DNA of 63,932 nucleotides, filler included, from Aduncisulcus paluster (taxonomy: Eukaryota), in NCBI GenBank assembly GCA_024181965.1. It is 21 parts of 21 records of this genome, joined end to end, with 100 filler letters (N's around TTAATTAATTAA, not from the genome) between each part and the next. Parts side by side here need not be neighbours in the genome. Positions count along the whole stretch, not along the records: positions 18,975 to 28,350 come from BQXS01000246.1; positions 28,451 to 29,911 come from BQXS01000247.1; positions 30,012 to 42,954 come from BQXS01000248.1; 18 more parts are not named here. One strand, written 5' to 3'. Positions 24,455 through 36,463 of the stretch are shown here, piece after piece. The translations under genes were made by a program, and so were the position numbers. Every line of letters begins with the position of its first letter. Within the stretch, counting starts at the first letter, position 1. The notes under the pieces are model-generated. The model searched no databases, was not told the origin of the DNA, and saw only the letters and a program-made list of their open reading frames with translations.

Positions 24455-25204
24455 ACCTTTATAAATTCTTTGATATTATCTAAAATATTGGTGGAGGTGG
24501 TAGAAAATTTGAGATAAAAGGAGTAAATTTCATATATTGGATTGAACAATACGAAAAAGTAAAGATAATAATTGTATTACATTAGANNNNNNNNNNNNNN
24601 NNNNNNTTTTTCTTAAAGAGACGTCGAAGATCTCGAAGTGGAGCTCCGATTCCAGTAATGGATTCAGTTCGCGGAATAATGACACATTCTGGATCATAAA
24701 GTGATTCTGATGATTGGTTGTCATCGTATTGGACTTCAATGGGAGAGTCACTCATACCTTTATAAATTCTTTGATATTATCTAAAATATTGGTGGAGGTG
24801 GTAGAAAATTTGAGATAAAAGGAGTAAATTTCATATATTGGATTGAACAATACGAAAAAGTAAAGATAATAATTGTATTACATTAGATAAAAATTCTTTT
24901 CATTAGTACATAGAAAAAATCAAATACAAAATAAAAACATACATAAAATTTAAATTATATCAAATAGTAACAAAATTTACAACGAAAATAATACCAGATT
25001 ATTACGAAAACTGGCACTCATCGATGTTTTTTCGTCATACTTTATTATTGACATATACATAAAATAGTTAGTAAAATCCAAACTTACTTTTAAAGGACAA
25101 ATAAAAATTAACGGAAGAATCTCATATTTTACCCTTGAAAACATCATCCAGTCCGATCGAATAGTTTTTATTGGTATTCCCATTCCTTATACGTATCAAT
25201 ATTT

Positions 25205-28200
25205 TTATAGATCTTCTCCATTATCCTTTTCAATAGTGAAATCGTCGTGATCTGGGTTTAAAGCCAGCACCTCCTCATTACATAGATGTAAAAGGGCAAC
25301 AAAACACATAGGGATTGTCATTTTTTCGGTTTCGGCAAAAGTTTTCGGCATTGTGGCAAGCATACTCGCAAAAGAATGCTTATTATCTTCCATTTCTTTT
25401 GAATTTTCGACATCTCCAGACTTTGAATCTCTTTCTTCTTTCCCATCTTCTTGCTTTTTTTCTTTTTCCTCCTTTGAATCGACACCGCCACTCTTTTCAC
25501 TCATTATTATTGGATGATCTTCCAGATTCCTGATGATTCCTTTCTTTAAACTCACAACATTAACTCTTCCACCAATGTTCCCTCCTTGTTGAACTATTTT
25601 CAATCTATCGACCCATGAATCACTTCCTTTTCTCGATGATCCATCGCCGAATTGTCCAGGAGTACTGGTCAAATTACCAAATATCCCTTTGTCGTGACCT
25701 TGAACATTGACATCCATATCATCCCAGCCTGCTCCACCACCTTCTTCCATTGCAGTGCCAAGAATTTGTTTGAATTCCTCTAGATCATGGTGGGCATTCA
25801 TCATTGAACCACGTTGACTTATATCACCCATAACCAAATCTTTTCCGGCATTCTCGACACCCTGATAATCACTAACAAATCCATCATCTCCACCGAATCC
25901 ATCATCACCAAACCCATCGTAATCATCTTGGTGTTGGAATGTACCCTGATCATCGTCATCAAAGATATCACTCCTTGTACTTTGTCTTGCTCTCCTGGCT
26001 CTTGTTCCAGTGCGCGACGACGAGGATATAACACGAACCTGGTCGACATGACCATTATGTCTTAGAATCCTGGTCTCTCGGAGAAGATGCTTTCTATTGT
26101 GAATAAACATAATTTCCGGCATACTATATGGACATTCTTGGAACATACACAAAGGATCGGGGATGGTGTTGAATGTGTGGACAGATGCATCATATGGGGA
26201 GGAAGAGGATGAGGCCGTAGAACGGCGTTTTTTGACTGAAGTTTGACAATTTAGAATTGCAAGCCGTTCTTCATCCGAAAATGTCCTTGATAAGTCAATA
26301 GATTCAATCTTCTGCTTTTTGGGCCTTTGACTTGCTTCTTTCTTCGCTTTCTTTGTCCCTTTCTGCATGTTTCTCTTTCGAATTATTTTGCCATGTTGTT
26401 CGAAGTTGATTAAGCATTCATAATAGACTGAGAAAAACTCTCCTTTTCCGGCATTGTTTCCTCCAGACTGTTTATCGCTTCCCTGCGGATACAGATGTGC
26501 TGCCCTCTCCCTCTCTCTCTCTTCTCANNNNNNNNNNNNNNNNNNNNTGCATCATATGGGGAGGAAGAGGATGAGGCCGTAGAACGGCGTTTTTTGACTG
26601 AAGTTTGACAATTTAGAATTGCAAGCCGTTCTTCATCCGAAAATGTCCTTGATAAGTCAATAGATTCAATCTTCTGCTTTTTGGGCCTTTGACTTGCTTC
26701 TTTCTTCGCTTTCTTTGTCCCTTTCTGCATGTTTCTCTTTCGAATTATTTTGCCATGTTGTTCGAAGTTGATTAAGCATTCATCATAGACTGAGAAAAAC
26801 TCTCCTTTTCCGGCATTGTTTCCTCCAGACTGTTTATCGCTTCCCTGCGGATACAGATGTGCTGCCCTCTCCCTCTCTCTCTCTTCTCCTTCATGTAAGA
26901 GGAGAGCTGCATCAGCAAGCATGTCTTCGTTCTCCTGGTGAAGCATCTCACTGACTTCATCCAGACCTGCACTTGGATGTGTCATGTCATCCATTCCAGC
27001 AAACTCCATGCCAAAACCATCGTCGCCTCCAAAGTCCCCATCATCTTGAGCAAATCCACTTGCGTCGAAGGCATCAAAATCTTCCTTCCCTTGAATGGTA
27101 TTGGGGCCAATTGAATCAACCAAACCTCGAGAACGTGTTATTTGGTGCTCTTGGCGTCGTTTTTCAACTGCTAGATTCTCTAGTAACTGAGAAATCACAT
27201 TGATACCAATCATTCCACGAGGGACTAATTGTGGGGCTGGAGGTTGAGAAGGTTCTATTTTTGGTTGATCAATCGCAAATCCAGATTGATCGCTCTCTTT
27301 TTTATCACTATTCTCCTCTTCTTCATCCTCAACAATTGTGAGATTGGCAATATCTGTGGCAATATTTGTTGCTTCTTCCTCTTCATCCTTTCCATCTATT
27401 ATAATGGGGGTTTCTTCATCATCTTCTTCTTTTTCTCTCACTTGATGATCAGTTGAAGAAGTTCCGGCAATCTTTTTCTCTTCTAACGAAGCCGAAGTTC
27501 TCCTTGTCTTTTGCTGAATTCGCTGGACACTTTGAATTCTACTGCATTCAACAAATCTCTCAAATTGACCACCACATCCACAAATACCAGACAATCCGCC
27601 GCAAAAATCAAATGATCCGGCATAGAATGATGACGAGTTCCTCATTAAATCAGATCCCTCGGTAGATCCCTTCTGTTGGCCCTCAATAGCACGCAACCGA
27701 TCAATTCCTTCCATATAGCGAATGTCTGAATCGTGTCTCAGATACAAACACCGATCGGGGGGGAGAAGAAACAACGAGGATAAGGCATGTGATGAAAAGC
27801 TTCGGATCTCTTTCTTATTTTGACGAGTAATCTTGGATTTATCTTTGGATGTTAATAAAATCTTGCCTTTCTTCCTCTTTATAGGGACTTTTCTTTCTCT
27901 TTTATGCTTTTTCTTTTCTTGATCATCAGAATCATATTTTTCAGTATCATCGCTTTTTGATAATGATAAATATGCCTGAGTAACTGATTTAAATGTACTA
28001 TCAACTCGTTTGTTAAACATTTTTACACCTTGATTCACTGTTTCAGCAGCTAATGTAAAATCCAAAGAATGACTCTGCGTATCATCTAATTCTTTCACAT
28101 AATCATCAAGAAAGTCCGCTCCCCATAGTTCTTCATCCGAAATTTTCTAAAAACGTGCATAATAACAAAAAAGTTATGCAAAAATACAACAGTAAAAGGT

Positions 28201-28317
28201 TTTGCTTGAAAAAATAATACATATGGCGAATTGCAATATCCAACTATAGTAATTTTGACATACGGTCTTTGAGGAAGCCTTAATAAAATCTTTTAATTTA
28301 TCTTTAAAACCCAACAT
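25205..28317 (-). CDS. NCAPH: Condensin kleisin subunit CAP-H/Brn1/Barren; exon 1 28317-28264, intron 28263-28147; split in the ORF track by a duplicated gap overlap
   Basis: N-terminal KI...W...FLDDY..DFTLAAETV..GVKMF..RVDS and C-terminal RVNVVSLKKGI and CFVALLHLCNE..L.L match kleisin-gamma motifs. The intron has GTATGT..TTTTAG and restores the frame. Confidence 0.85.
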
Positions 28318-28472
28318 AACTTTTGTCAAACAAAATGGCATAAATCAAATNNNNNNNNNNNNNNNNNNNNNNNNNNNNNNNNNNNNNNNNNNNNTTAATT
28401 AATTAANNNNNNNNNNNNNNNNNNNNNNNNNNNNNNNNNNNNNNNNNNNNGTTTTCCAATCTACAACGTTTT

Positions 28473-29348
28473 GTGTCCATTTTAATCAATTATTTTGCTT
28501 CTTGCTTTGACAAATGTTGTTTGTTTATTGTTTCTTTTCCCTTTGCTCTTGATATCAAGGAAATGGACTTTAGTGGAGAAGATGGAGAAATCTCATCCGG
28601 ATCTGCGAAAGATTCTAAGGGGAAAGCTAAGAATGCCGGAAAAGGAGGCAAGAATGCCGGAAAAGGAGGTAAAGACACCAAAGGAAAGAAAGAAAAAGAC
28701 AAAAAGAGTTCTGAAGATACGATACCTAAAAGCAAATCAATTTGGGAATCTTTTGATGAAAGTCGGGACATTGTTGAACAATTTGAAGCTTCCGTAGGTG
28801 GAAGCGAGGAACCCAAGAAAGGAAAAGATAAGAATGCCGGAAAAGATAAAGGTGGAAAGAGTGCTGCAGGAAAGGGGAAGAAATCAACTTCATCGGCAAA
28901 AGACGATGATTCTGCCGATAAATTGGATGATTATGAAGTATTCGAGGCTAATATTCGAGCCATTATTGATAGAATCGTCCATTCATGTTCAATTCCGGAG
29001 ATTGTTTCGGCTGAACTTAATTTCTTGGGAGAAAAAACACATTCAGAAGTTGATATTCCCTTGTTTTCTGTTGAATTCCCTGCTATTTCTGCCCGTCCTT
29101 GTAATGCAACGTTGTTGCTCGTCCAATTCTCAAAGGCTTTATTACTGGCTCTGTCGGGAATGATTCATAATTCATTTTCTCAATTCGGAGGTGCGTGTTT
29201 GCGTTGCCTGAAGATGCAAAGAGAGTGGATTACAACACAATACGTGGATGCTATGGCCCGAATGGGACATGACATTCGTTCCGTTTGGAATGACGATGAT
29301 AAAGAGACGAAAGTAGAGGAAAAGGGGAAGAAGTCGAAGAAGAAATAA
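28473..29348 (+). CDS. Hypothetical Lys/Gly-rich protein
   Basis: 291-codon ORF with KNAGKGG repeats; start uncertain (ATG at 28563 or an upstream exon). Confidence 0.7.
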   Translation: MSILINYFASCFDKCCLFIVSFPFALDIKEMDFSGEDGEISSGSAKDSKGKAKNAGKGGKNAGKGGKDTKGKKEKDKKSSEDTIPKSKSIWESFDESRDIVEQFEASVGGSEEPKKGKDKNAGKDKGGKSAAGKGKKSTSSAKDDDSADKLDDYEVFEANIRAIIDRIVHSCSIPEIVSAELNFLGEKTHSEVDIPLFSVEFPAISARPCNATLLLVQFSKALLLALSGMIHNSFSQFGGACLRCLKMQREWITTQYVDAMARMGHDIRSVWNDDDKETKVEEKGKKSKKK

Positions 29349-30100
29349 TAATTTAATCGCCATCCTATATATTTAGAAAAATGAGGTTCCTCTTTCTCAC
29401 TCTGTTCCAAATATAGCCCCTTCCCATTTCCCCCCCTTCTTCTTTCTTCCATGGACCATGACCATTATTGTGCTTGTCATCTGATGTGTCTGTGTCTGTG
29501 GATCGTTTCTGATGTGAAATTGTTGACGAATGAGTCCAATGTTGATTGCTTTGAAAGGCCCACGAGGATGTCACTGGGCTCAAAGTGCTCAAGAGATCGA
29601 GACAACGAGAGTGGGAGAGGCAGAGGGACAGGGCGAATGTGAACTTTGGAAGTTAACAGCTTTATTCGTGTTGAGTGGCTCAGTTGTTGAGTCAATAATA
29701 TTCAGCGTGACGTGGAAGACCTGTATCGACCTTAGAAAGTGTCAGTTTGTAATGATGAGTAATAAAAATATCGTTTTAGAATGACTTTGAATGAATCTAA
29801 AAATAGATTTCTAAAAATAAATGTGAGATGTCGATTGATTGATTGAAATGTAGATCTATATAAATATGTTAATGTTGACAGATCTTGAGCAGAGTCTTCC
29901 AATTCGATTTCNNNNNNNNNNNNNNNNNNNNNNNNNNNNNNNNNNNNNNNNNNNNTTAATTAATTAANNNNNNNNNNNNNNNNNNNNNNNNNNNNNNNNN
30001 NNNNNNNNNNNTCATCAACAAAACAATGACATTTTCTTTTGCATAATTCCCGATTTAAGATTTAATCGGTTAAATTGTTTGTTTTTGTTTGTTTTATTGA

Positions 30101-31289
30101 ATGAGTAGTCCAAGTACCGTCCAAAATGCACCAGCAGCTCAAATATCTGCGTCAAAAACAAAGCGTCGTATTTGCTGCTCTTTTATCACGATTATTATTG
30201 TGTGGCTTGTAACTGCAACTTGTGCAACTCTTTGTCTTGTGTATGCCATACAAAGCCAGTGGCTTTTCTCATAACGACGAGTATTGGAGCAACGTTTATC
30301 AGTTTGCAGACATAATTGATAATTCTCAACAAGTTAGCGATTCTGATCTCAAAGAATCGGCGACCTATTTGTCCGCTGTTTTAACTGACGATACTTCAGC
30401 TACTGCGGGTAATTATGAAGTTCAATATGATGATTTTACTGTCGCTACTGGTTCCTGTAAATCTTCGCTCAGATCCAAAGACGTGGAAGCTCTAAAGCAT
30501 ATTGACTATTATGACGTTCCTCACAAGTATCTAACAACTGTTTTCACAACATCCAGTCCTTATGTGAGCAATCCTCCGAAATTATCGGCCGATTTCGATC
30601 TCAAATTCACGAATACGCGTTCTCAAGATATTTATTCGTATAAATATGCCATCGAAGTTTATCCAAATATGAGAAATCCAACCAAAAAAAATGATACGTG
30701 TGATCCTAGTTCCGAAATTTCCTGTAATCATGGAGGTCTCACCGATGATTATACGTGCTATCAATGGCCAATGCCTCCATACATCGACCTTGTTATCAAG
30801 CCCAACCCTTCCTTTACCGATTTTTCCTTCCCGACATCTTACCACCAGCCTATTTTCAGGGAAGCTCCTTCATTTGAAGATCTTGTTGGTAAGAGTACTG
30901 TTGTGGGCGGAAATAGTTATTTCATTCAAGATCCAAAAAGTGATTACTGTGGATCTTTCCAATACTTGCCTACCGATCAACTTGAACTCCATGTAACTTC
31001 CTGGGATGATCCTTGTTCCCACTATCTCCTCGACTTTGATGGAAGCTTTGGAAACGATGGAACCACTCTCTTCGTTTTTGGTGGAATCTTCTGTTTTCTA
31101 TGGTTATTGGATAATTTCTCTATTATATTCGCTTGCAAAGCTAAGAGGCGTGCGAGGAGAGCTGGATATGTGCCAACAGATACCGTTCCATCCTTTGGAT
31201 CTTCTCTTGCGGCCAATGATCCTTTGATTCCTCAATCGTCAGCTTATCAGCCAATCCAAGGGGATGCTGGGGACTCTTTTTATCATTAA
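30101..31289 (+). CDS. Two-TM membrane protein with a large Cys-containing luminal loop; frameshift near 30220-30270
   Basis: ATG 30101 gives MSSP..RRICCSFITIIIVWLV (TM) in a different frame from ORF 30222-31289, which ends with TM TLFVFGGIFCFLWLL. Confidence 0.7.
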
Positions 31290-32004
31290 TTGAACGATTA
31301 ACTCATTGATATTGGTAAGTGATAGAGCAATTTTCATATAATCCGCTCTATTTATTGTAACAATGATTGTTTGAACTTTGGCTTGAAGTGTGTAAATCCG
31401 TCCGTGGATTCTTAATGAGTCAATGTGTGGAATTATTATCTCCCTTTTATATATATTCTCACTCTACTTGTATTTTATTGTATTTAATTGTTCAGGCACT
31501 TGACCGTTGTGTGTCATTCTGTAATACAGAATCTGTATTAGATCCATCATGGATCCATGGCAGAATAATGTCTTTTATATGTTTTTTTGGATATTTTTTT
31601 TTGGATATTTTTGTTTGTCAACTTTGTTGGAATTCCTGTCATGTCGTTTTTAGCTGGGAGCTCTCTTAGAATTGGGCATTGATCCAGCATTTCTTTTGAT
31701 TCATACAAGACTAGACTTGATAATCTCAGATATTAGTAAATTTGGAAAAAAGATCGTCCTGTTTGATCTATGATTGGGATTGTAACAATCATTGTTAAGA
31801 TACCAAACACAACGAATATAAACACATTGAAGATAATAAAACGCCATATTTCAAACAATGGGCGAAGAAAGTGACTCGATATTAGATACAATAACCCCTT
31901 GCATAAACTTACGAATACTCTCCGTGAGAGAAACAGCTTCGGTGGAATGGACATCTTTATCTCCTCTATCAATGAATGTTAACAAAATAATAAATTGATT
32001 TGAA

Positions 32005-32679
32005 TTATAAATGCGATATCATCTCTTTTTTCATCCTATTAAGTTCAAGGACGAAATCATCATGTTTCGGTCTGCAAAGATGTTTGCCCGGTACTGTAAC
32101 GACATATTCATCCATTAAACGCAGTAATTTCTCTTCAGCATGTTCAATAACTTCCTTAATTAGATCAACTTCCGATATTTCTTTCCCTCTCATTGAATAA
32201 CGCTCTTTGGTGAATTGTCTGGCTCTTTGCACACCAATCGCACCCAAGGCATCTATTTTATCAGAATCTGAGACAATGTCACGAATTTGTACCCAATATT
32301 TCCCCAACTCGGCAACAAACCACCGCTTTCCCCTCTTTTTCTCTTTTGAAAAAGAAATCGCATCAATGGTATCGAGAATTGATTTCATCGAATCCTTATC
32401 AGATTTTATCTGGAAAATAAATTCCTTCAAGCGCTTCTCACTTTCATGAGCCACACAATATTTGTGATCGAGAACATCATGAAGCATGCTTACTAAAACA
32501 ATATCAACAAGCATCTTTGTAGAACATGGTAAAAATGAAGCAATGTGAATAGAAGTACTACATACTCTTTCAGCATGAGCCAATCCATGAGATTCTCCTT
32601 CTCGAGATTCTAGTTCTTTTTTAACAAACAATCTTGATTTCTGCCATACATCAATAAAGGAAGTAGTTTTATCTTCCAT
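32005..32679 (-). CDS. HD-domain metal-dependent phosphohydrolase (YedJ/YpgQ-like)
   Basis: SHGLAHAERV, LHDVLDHKY and VSDSDKIDALGAIG..R motifs. Confidence 0.92.
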   Translation of the reverse strand: MEDKTTSFIDVWQKSRLFVKKELESREGESHGLAHAERVCSTSIHIASFLPCSTKMLVDIVLVSMLHDVLDHKYCVAHESEKRLKEFIFQIKSDKDSMKSILDTIDAISFSKEKKRGKRWFVAELGKYWVQIRDIVSDSDKIDALGAIGVQRARQFTKERYSMRGKEISEVDLIKEVIEHAEEKLLRLMDEYVVTVPGKHLCRPKHDDFVLELNRMKKEMISHL

Positions 32680-32786
32680 ACAAGTATTTTAAACACCTCT
32701 GCTCACCAAACAAGAGAACTATCCGTTTTTGGTGACAACAATTTGATACACCCCTTATTATTGTAAATATTTAAGATTTTACTCTT

Positions 32787-33293
32787 ATGAATTCCGTTTC
32801 AAAAAGATTTTCTGAAGTACACCGTGGGAGATTGGAATCAGCGTCGAAATCTGCTCATAAAATGAAACTTGTTGTGCAAAAATCACCAGATCTGACAGCA
32901 TCTTCCTCTGAACCACGATTCCGTTTAGTACGTGAAAAAAAGAAGCCCGAAAAAGGTATGGGATCTAGAAAACCACCTTCTTCTTCCAAGTATCACGACT
33001 CTCCAAAATCCAGCATTAAAAAGGTTGTGAAGATATCTAGTACTCAAGTAATCGGATCATCTACGGCAAGGAGAACCACTCCATCTGTTATTGGTGATAA
33101 AAAACCTTTTATGGGAAGATCTAGTTATTCTCCAAAGAATACCCCCAAAAAATTTGATAAAAAAGGAAAACAACATCCCCCCAAAACGGTTACAAAAGTT
33201 ATTTCCACTACCTTAAAAAAGGATAACAAATCCCAATCACGCCCCCGCCCAAAGCCTGGGAAGGGTGTAGTTGTCGTTTCTCAAAGCAAATAA
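32787..33293 (+). CDS. Basic Lys/Ser-rich hypothetical protein
   Basis: 168-codon ORF divergent from the HD gene, 107 bp apart. Confidence 0.6.
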   Translation: MNSVSKRFSEVHRGRLESASKSAHKMKLVVQKSPDLTASSSEPRFRLVREKKKPEKGMGSRKPPSSSKYHDSPKSSIKKVVKISSTQVIGSSTARRTTPSVIGDKKPFMGRSSYSPKNTPKKFDKKGKQHPPKTVTKVISTTLKKDNKSQSRPRPKPGKGVVVVSQSK

Positions 33294-33696
33294 CCCTCAT
33301 ATCATAGTAAATAGAGTTAACTCAAAACGTTTTAAGAGAATCAGAATAAGGATTATTGTTCAACTCGGAGTTGCCAACCCTATTCTACTAGAATATGTTG
33401 AGTGACTAAACAGTGATTAACTATTGACCGTATTGACGGTGGCTAGCAAATTTATATATAATATATATAATAAAAGAATACCGGTAATCACCGGTTGATG
33501 TCGGTCAATAATTAAATTAGGGATCTCAAATATTTACCATCTCATATTATTTACTCGGTAACTCAATACAATAGAGGTTTTATAATCATTATAGTTGAAA
33601 CTAAATCCTCTCAATCAGTGGAAACTAGAAATTAACATAAAAAAAAAAGAATACATGCATTAAACAAATCAACGATTGATGATCTCAAAGAAGCGA

Positions 33697-34965
33697 TTAC
33701 ACGTCCTCAGGCTTAACTTCCTCCTCCTCAGGCTCAGGCTCTGTTGCTAATAGGTTTCCATGCTCGGCTGCCTCAGCTTCACCCCAGACACTCTTGGAGT
33801 ATAAGATTGTTAGCCATACCTGGATGACGGAGAAACAAGTGTAAGAAATGGCCAGCCACAAGTACCGAATAATGAGGAGGGCCTGCTGACTAGTTTTCGC
33901 CCACTCTGCAATGACTCCATGCTCACATTCACACGATATGAGATCCAAAAGACGGAATGCTGCAATGTACATCACAACATCGGTAGCGAGGTGGAAGAGA
34001 AGGTTCAAAGCGTGCATAACCACACCAGCACGCTTACGTTCCAATAGAGTTCCAGTTTTGGCGCCAGGACCAGTGAAATATTCAAACTTGTTGAAACAGA
34101 GAGAAGCAAGACTAAAGAACACCCAGAAGATGGCCAAGAAGAACATGACCTCCAGATCAGTCTCATAAGAAGTGACTAAATATTCATAAGTTCCACACCA
34201 TCCAAGGGCATTATCCCAATCAACACTCATTTCAACGAAATACATACAACCGAACATGAGGGCAATGATTGAGAGCATTAAGTTGAACAAAGTGATCAAA
34301 TTATACAAATCAAATGGATTTTTGAGAGTAAATATGGAAGAAATCTTCTTGATGAGAGGAATCTTCATCATAGATTTCAAAAGATCTTTGAATGGACCTT
34401 CCTCACTGTAGTGAACCACAAGAGCACACCAAGAAGTTTCAAATTGCATCAAAACAAGAATGGCAAACAGGAAATACCAAATGTAGGTGAAAGCAAAGAA
34501 CCAATGACGGAAAGTGGAATTTGGACTCCAATCAGCCTCAGCATTCCCAAAGAATTGAACGTAACTCACAGGAAGAGCAATAGCTCCCAAAATCCAGCCA
34601 ATTATAGCACATCCATACATAAGGAAAAAGAAGAAGTAACCTTTCTTGGTTGAAAATAGAGATTTCTTATTACAACAGCCCCAAATTGAGAAAGGAATGA
34701 ATAGAACGAAGGAAAGAGCAAAAAAGCCAAAAATAACTGTTCCTAACACCAATTTTGGAATGTAACCACTAGAATCAGGATCATTGTCTCGCCAGCCATG
34801 AAGGGAGATTGGGAAAATGGTGAACAAACAAATCATTGGAAGAATCCATGAAAGAAAGAACAAACAAGTCAGAGAATAATTGCTCTGAGCTTTGACTGCA
34901 TCAGCTAAGGACATTGTTTCAAGGTCAAAAAAAATTGTTCGAATTTGTCTTTTTGCCCACAACAT
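33697..34965 (-). CDS. Polytopic membrane protein (about 8 TM), likely start MSLAD near 34914
   Basis: Regularly spaced hydrophobic segments and an acidic tail; no family recognised. Confidence 0.85.
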   Translation of the reverse strand: MLWAKRQIRTIFFDLETMSLADAVKAQSNYSLTCLFFLSWILPMICLFTIFPISLHGWRDNDPDSSGYIPKLVLGTVIFGFFALSFVLFIPFSIWGCCNKKSLFSTKKGYFFFFLMYGCAIIGWILGAIALPVSYVQFFGNAEADWSPNSTFRHWFFAFTYIWYFLFAILVLMQFETSWCALVVHYSEEGPFKDLLKSMMKIPLIKKISSIFTLKNPFDLYNLITLFNLMLSIIALMFGCMYFVEMSVDWDNALGWCGTYEYLVTSYETDLEVMFFLAIFWVFFSLASLCFNKFEYFTGPGAKTGTLLERKRAGVVMHALNLLFHLATDVVMYIAAFRLLDLISCECEHGVIAEWAKTSQQALLIIRYLWLAISYTCFSVIQVWLTILYSKSVWGEAEAAEHGNLLATEPEPEEEEVKPEDV

Positions 34966-35503
34966 GAAACCGTTATTTGACCACTAATTTGGAATTAAAA
35001 TAAGAAAGTAGGGCGCAAAAACCATTTTATTTTCCGAGAATGCCCAATACAATGCTTTCTTGAACAGTTTTTCGCTAGAAAGAGAATCAAAACATATATT
35101 ACAAAATCCTGAATAAAATTATAAAACGATACATTTTTACAGTTGATTAACGCTTTAATATATCAATCACCCAAGATATTCCATCAAGGAAGAAACAAAA
35201 GACCAATAGTCTCGCGATTTAAACCCAATTTTTATTGAAAAAAATTATCGTAAACTCAATTTGATCAAAATTTAACTAGCCCCTTGTTCATCCCATAATT
35301 TATGGGGCATAAATCCTCAGGAAATGAGAAAATGGCATTTTGAACTACTTTGAACTAATAGTTGATTACATTATCCTTTTAAATTGATTAAACCCTCCAA
35401 TTTGGCAAGAATTTTTATTTTTTATTTTTCGTTTTGATATAATACACAATTATGAATCACGTTTTACTTTTCTCCTATCAGAGTTTGGAAGATATTATAA
35501 ATC

Positions 35504-35911
35504 ATGGAAAATTTTCGAAGAAAAGAAAAAGAGGCTACAATATTTCTGATTACACTAAAGAAAAATGTAGATGCATATGCTCCAGCTGACAAGGGTATGT
35601 TCTTGTTGAATTATATTGATATTTCCAATGAATTTTGCTGTAAAATATTATTCTTTTTTCGTGTAAATTTCCCAGAGAAGGAAATTGTTATCACCAAAGC
35701 TATTTCTCAATGTAAGTCTCGTCTCATGACAGTTGAAAAAGATATGAGTCGAATTGTTAGAGATTTAACAGGAACAGATGCAGTCAATGCTGGAAAGTCT
35801 CTTGCGGAAATTACAAAACGTAGAACAACATACCATCTTCAATTTCAAGAAATCCTGTTACTGTTACAAAAAGTGTCCGATTTTGCAGCTGAAATGGCAT
35901 CACATGAATGA
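35504..35911 (+). CDS. Small helical protein with an 81-nt intron (35595-35675)
   Basis: GTATGT...TTTCCCAG AT-rich segment; removing it gives ..ADKEKEIV.. in frame. Confidence 0.6.
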   Translation: MENFRRKEKEATIFLITLKKNVDAYAPADKGMFLLNYIDISNEFCCKILFFFRVNFPEKEIVITKAISQCKSRLMTVEKDMSRIVRDLTGTDAVNAGKSLAEITKRRTTYHLQFQEILLLLQKVSDFAAEMASHE

Positions 35912-35956
35912 AAGTGTAAGAATGAAGTTTTTCAAATATTAGGAGATTCGGAAACG

Positions 35957-36295
35957 ATGTCTTTTCATTCAACCGGAATATATAATGATGTTTTTTTAAT
36001 CATTGGGCATTTAAGAATAAGACATTTCATACCCTTGCATATTGAATATGGATTTGCTGTCGCCATGGGAGATGAAAAGGTAATCTTTGATTTTATTAAA
36101 AGATCCGAAGGATTTAAAACATCAAAAGAGATGTTCAGCTCTCTGAAAAAAAATGCAATTAAACGGATGAAAAAGGATAAAAGTCTTGAAAAGTTCGAGA
36201 GAGAGAGCATTGAGGAATTTGTTGATTGGAAAAAGAGAGAAGTATTTGAATCGATCTATTTGGATATGGTTAAAGATCTCATCCCATCAAAATAA
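35957..36295 (+). CDS. Hypothetical protein, same frame as the upstream ORF
   Basis: 112-codon ORF separated from the previous one only by TGA at 35909-35911 and 15 sense codons. Confidence 0.45.
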   Translation: MSFHSTGIYNDVFLIIGHLRIRHFIPLHIEYGFAVAMGDEKVIFDFIKRSEGFKTSKEMFSSLKKNAIKRMKKDKSLEKFERESIEEFVDWKKREVFESIYLDMVKDLIPSK

Positions 36296-36375
36296 ACTCG
36301 CCGCCGAATAGTAAATAAGAATTAGAATTTACAATGTAAATTTTACATCTATAGCACAATACAGCAGCAACAAAT

Positions 36376-36410
36376 ACTGTACTATACTGTACTATACTGT
36401 ACTATACTAT
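36376..36410. repeat. (TACTGTACTA)n short tandem repeat between convergent genes
   Basis: Three copies plus a partial are visible. Confidence 0.85.
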
Positions 36411-36463
36411 CTACAAAAACATTTCTCAGCTCAAATCTCAGCAATGCTGCAGTCAGCATAATT

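Noticed and set aside
30101..30280. Programmed frameshift in the two-TM protein
   Set aside because: No slippery heptamer or stimulatory structure seen; an indel error or small intron is more likely.
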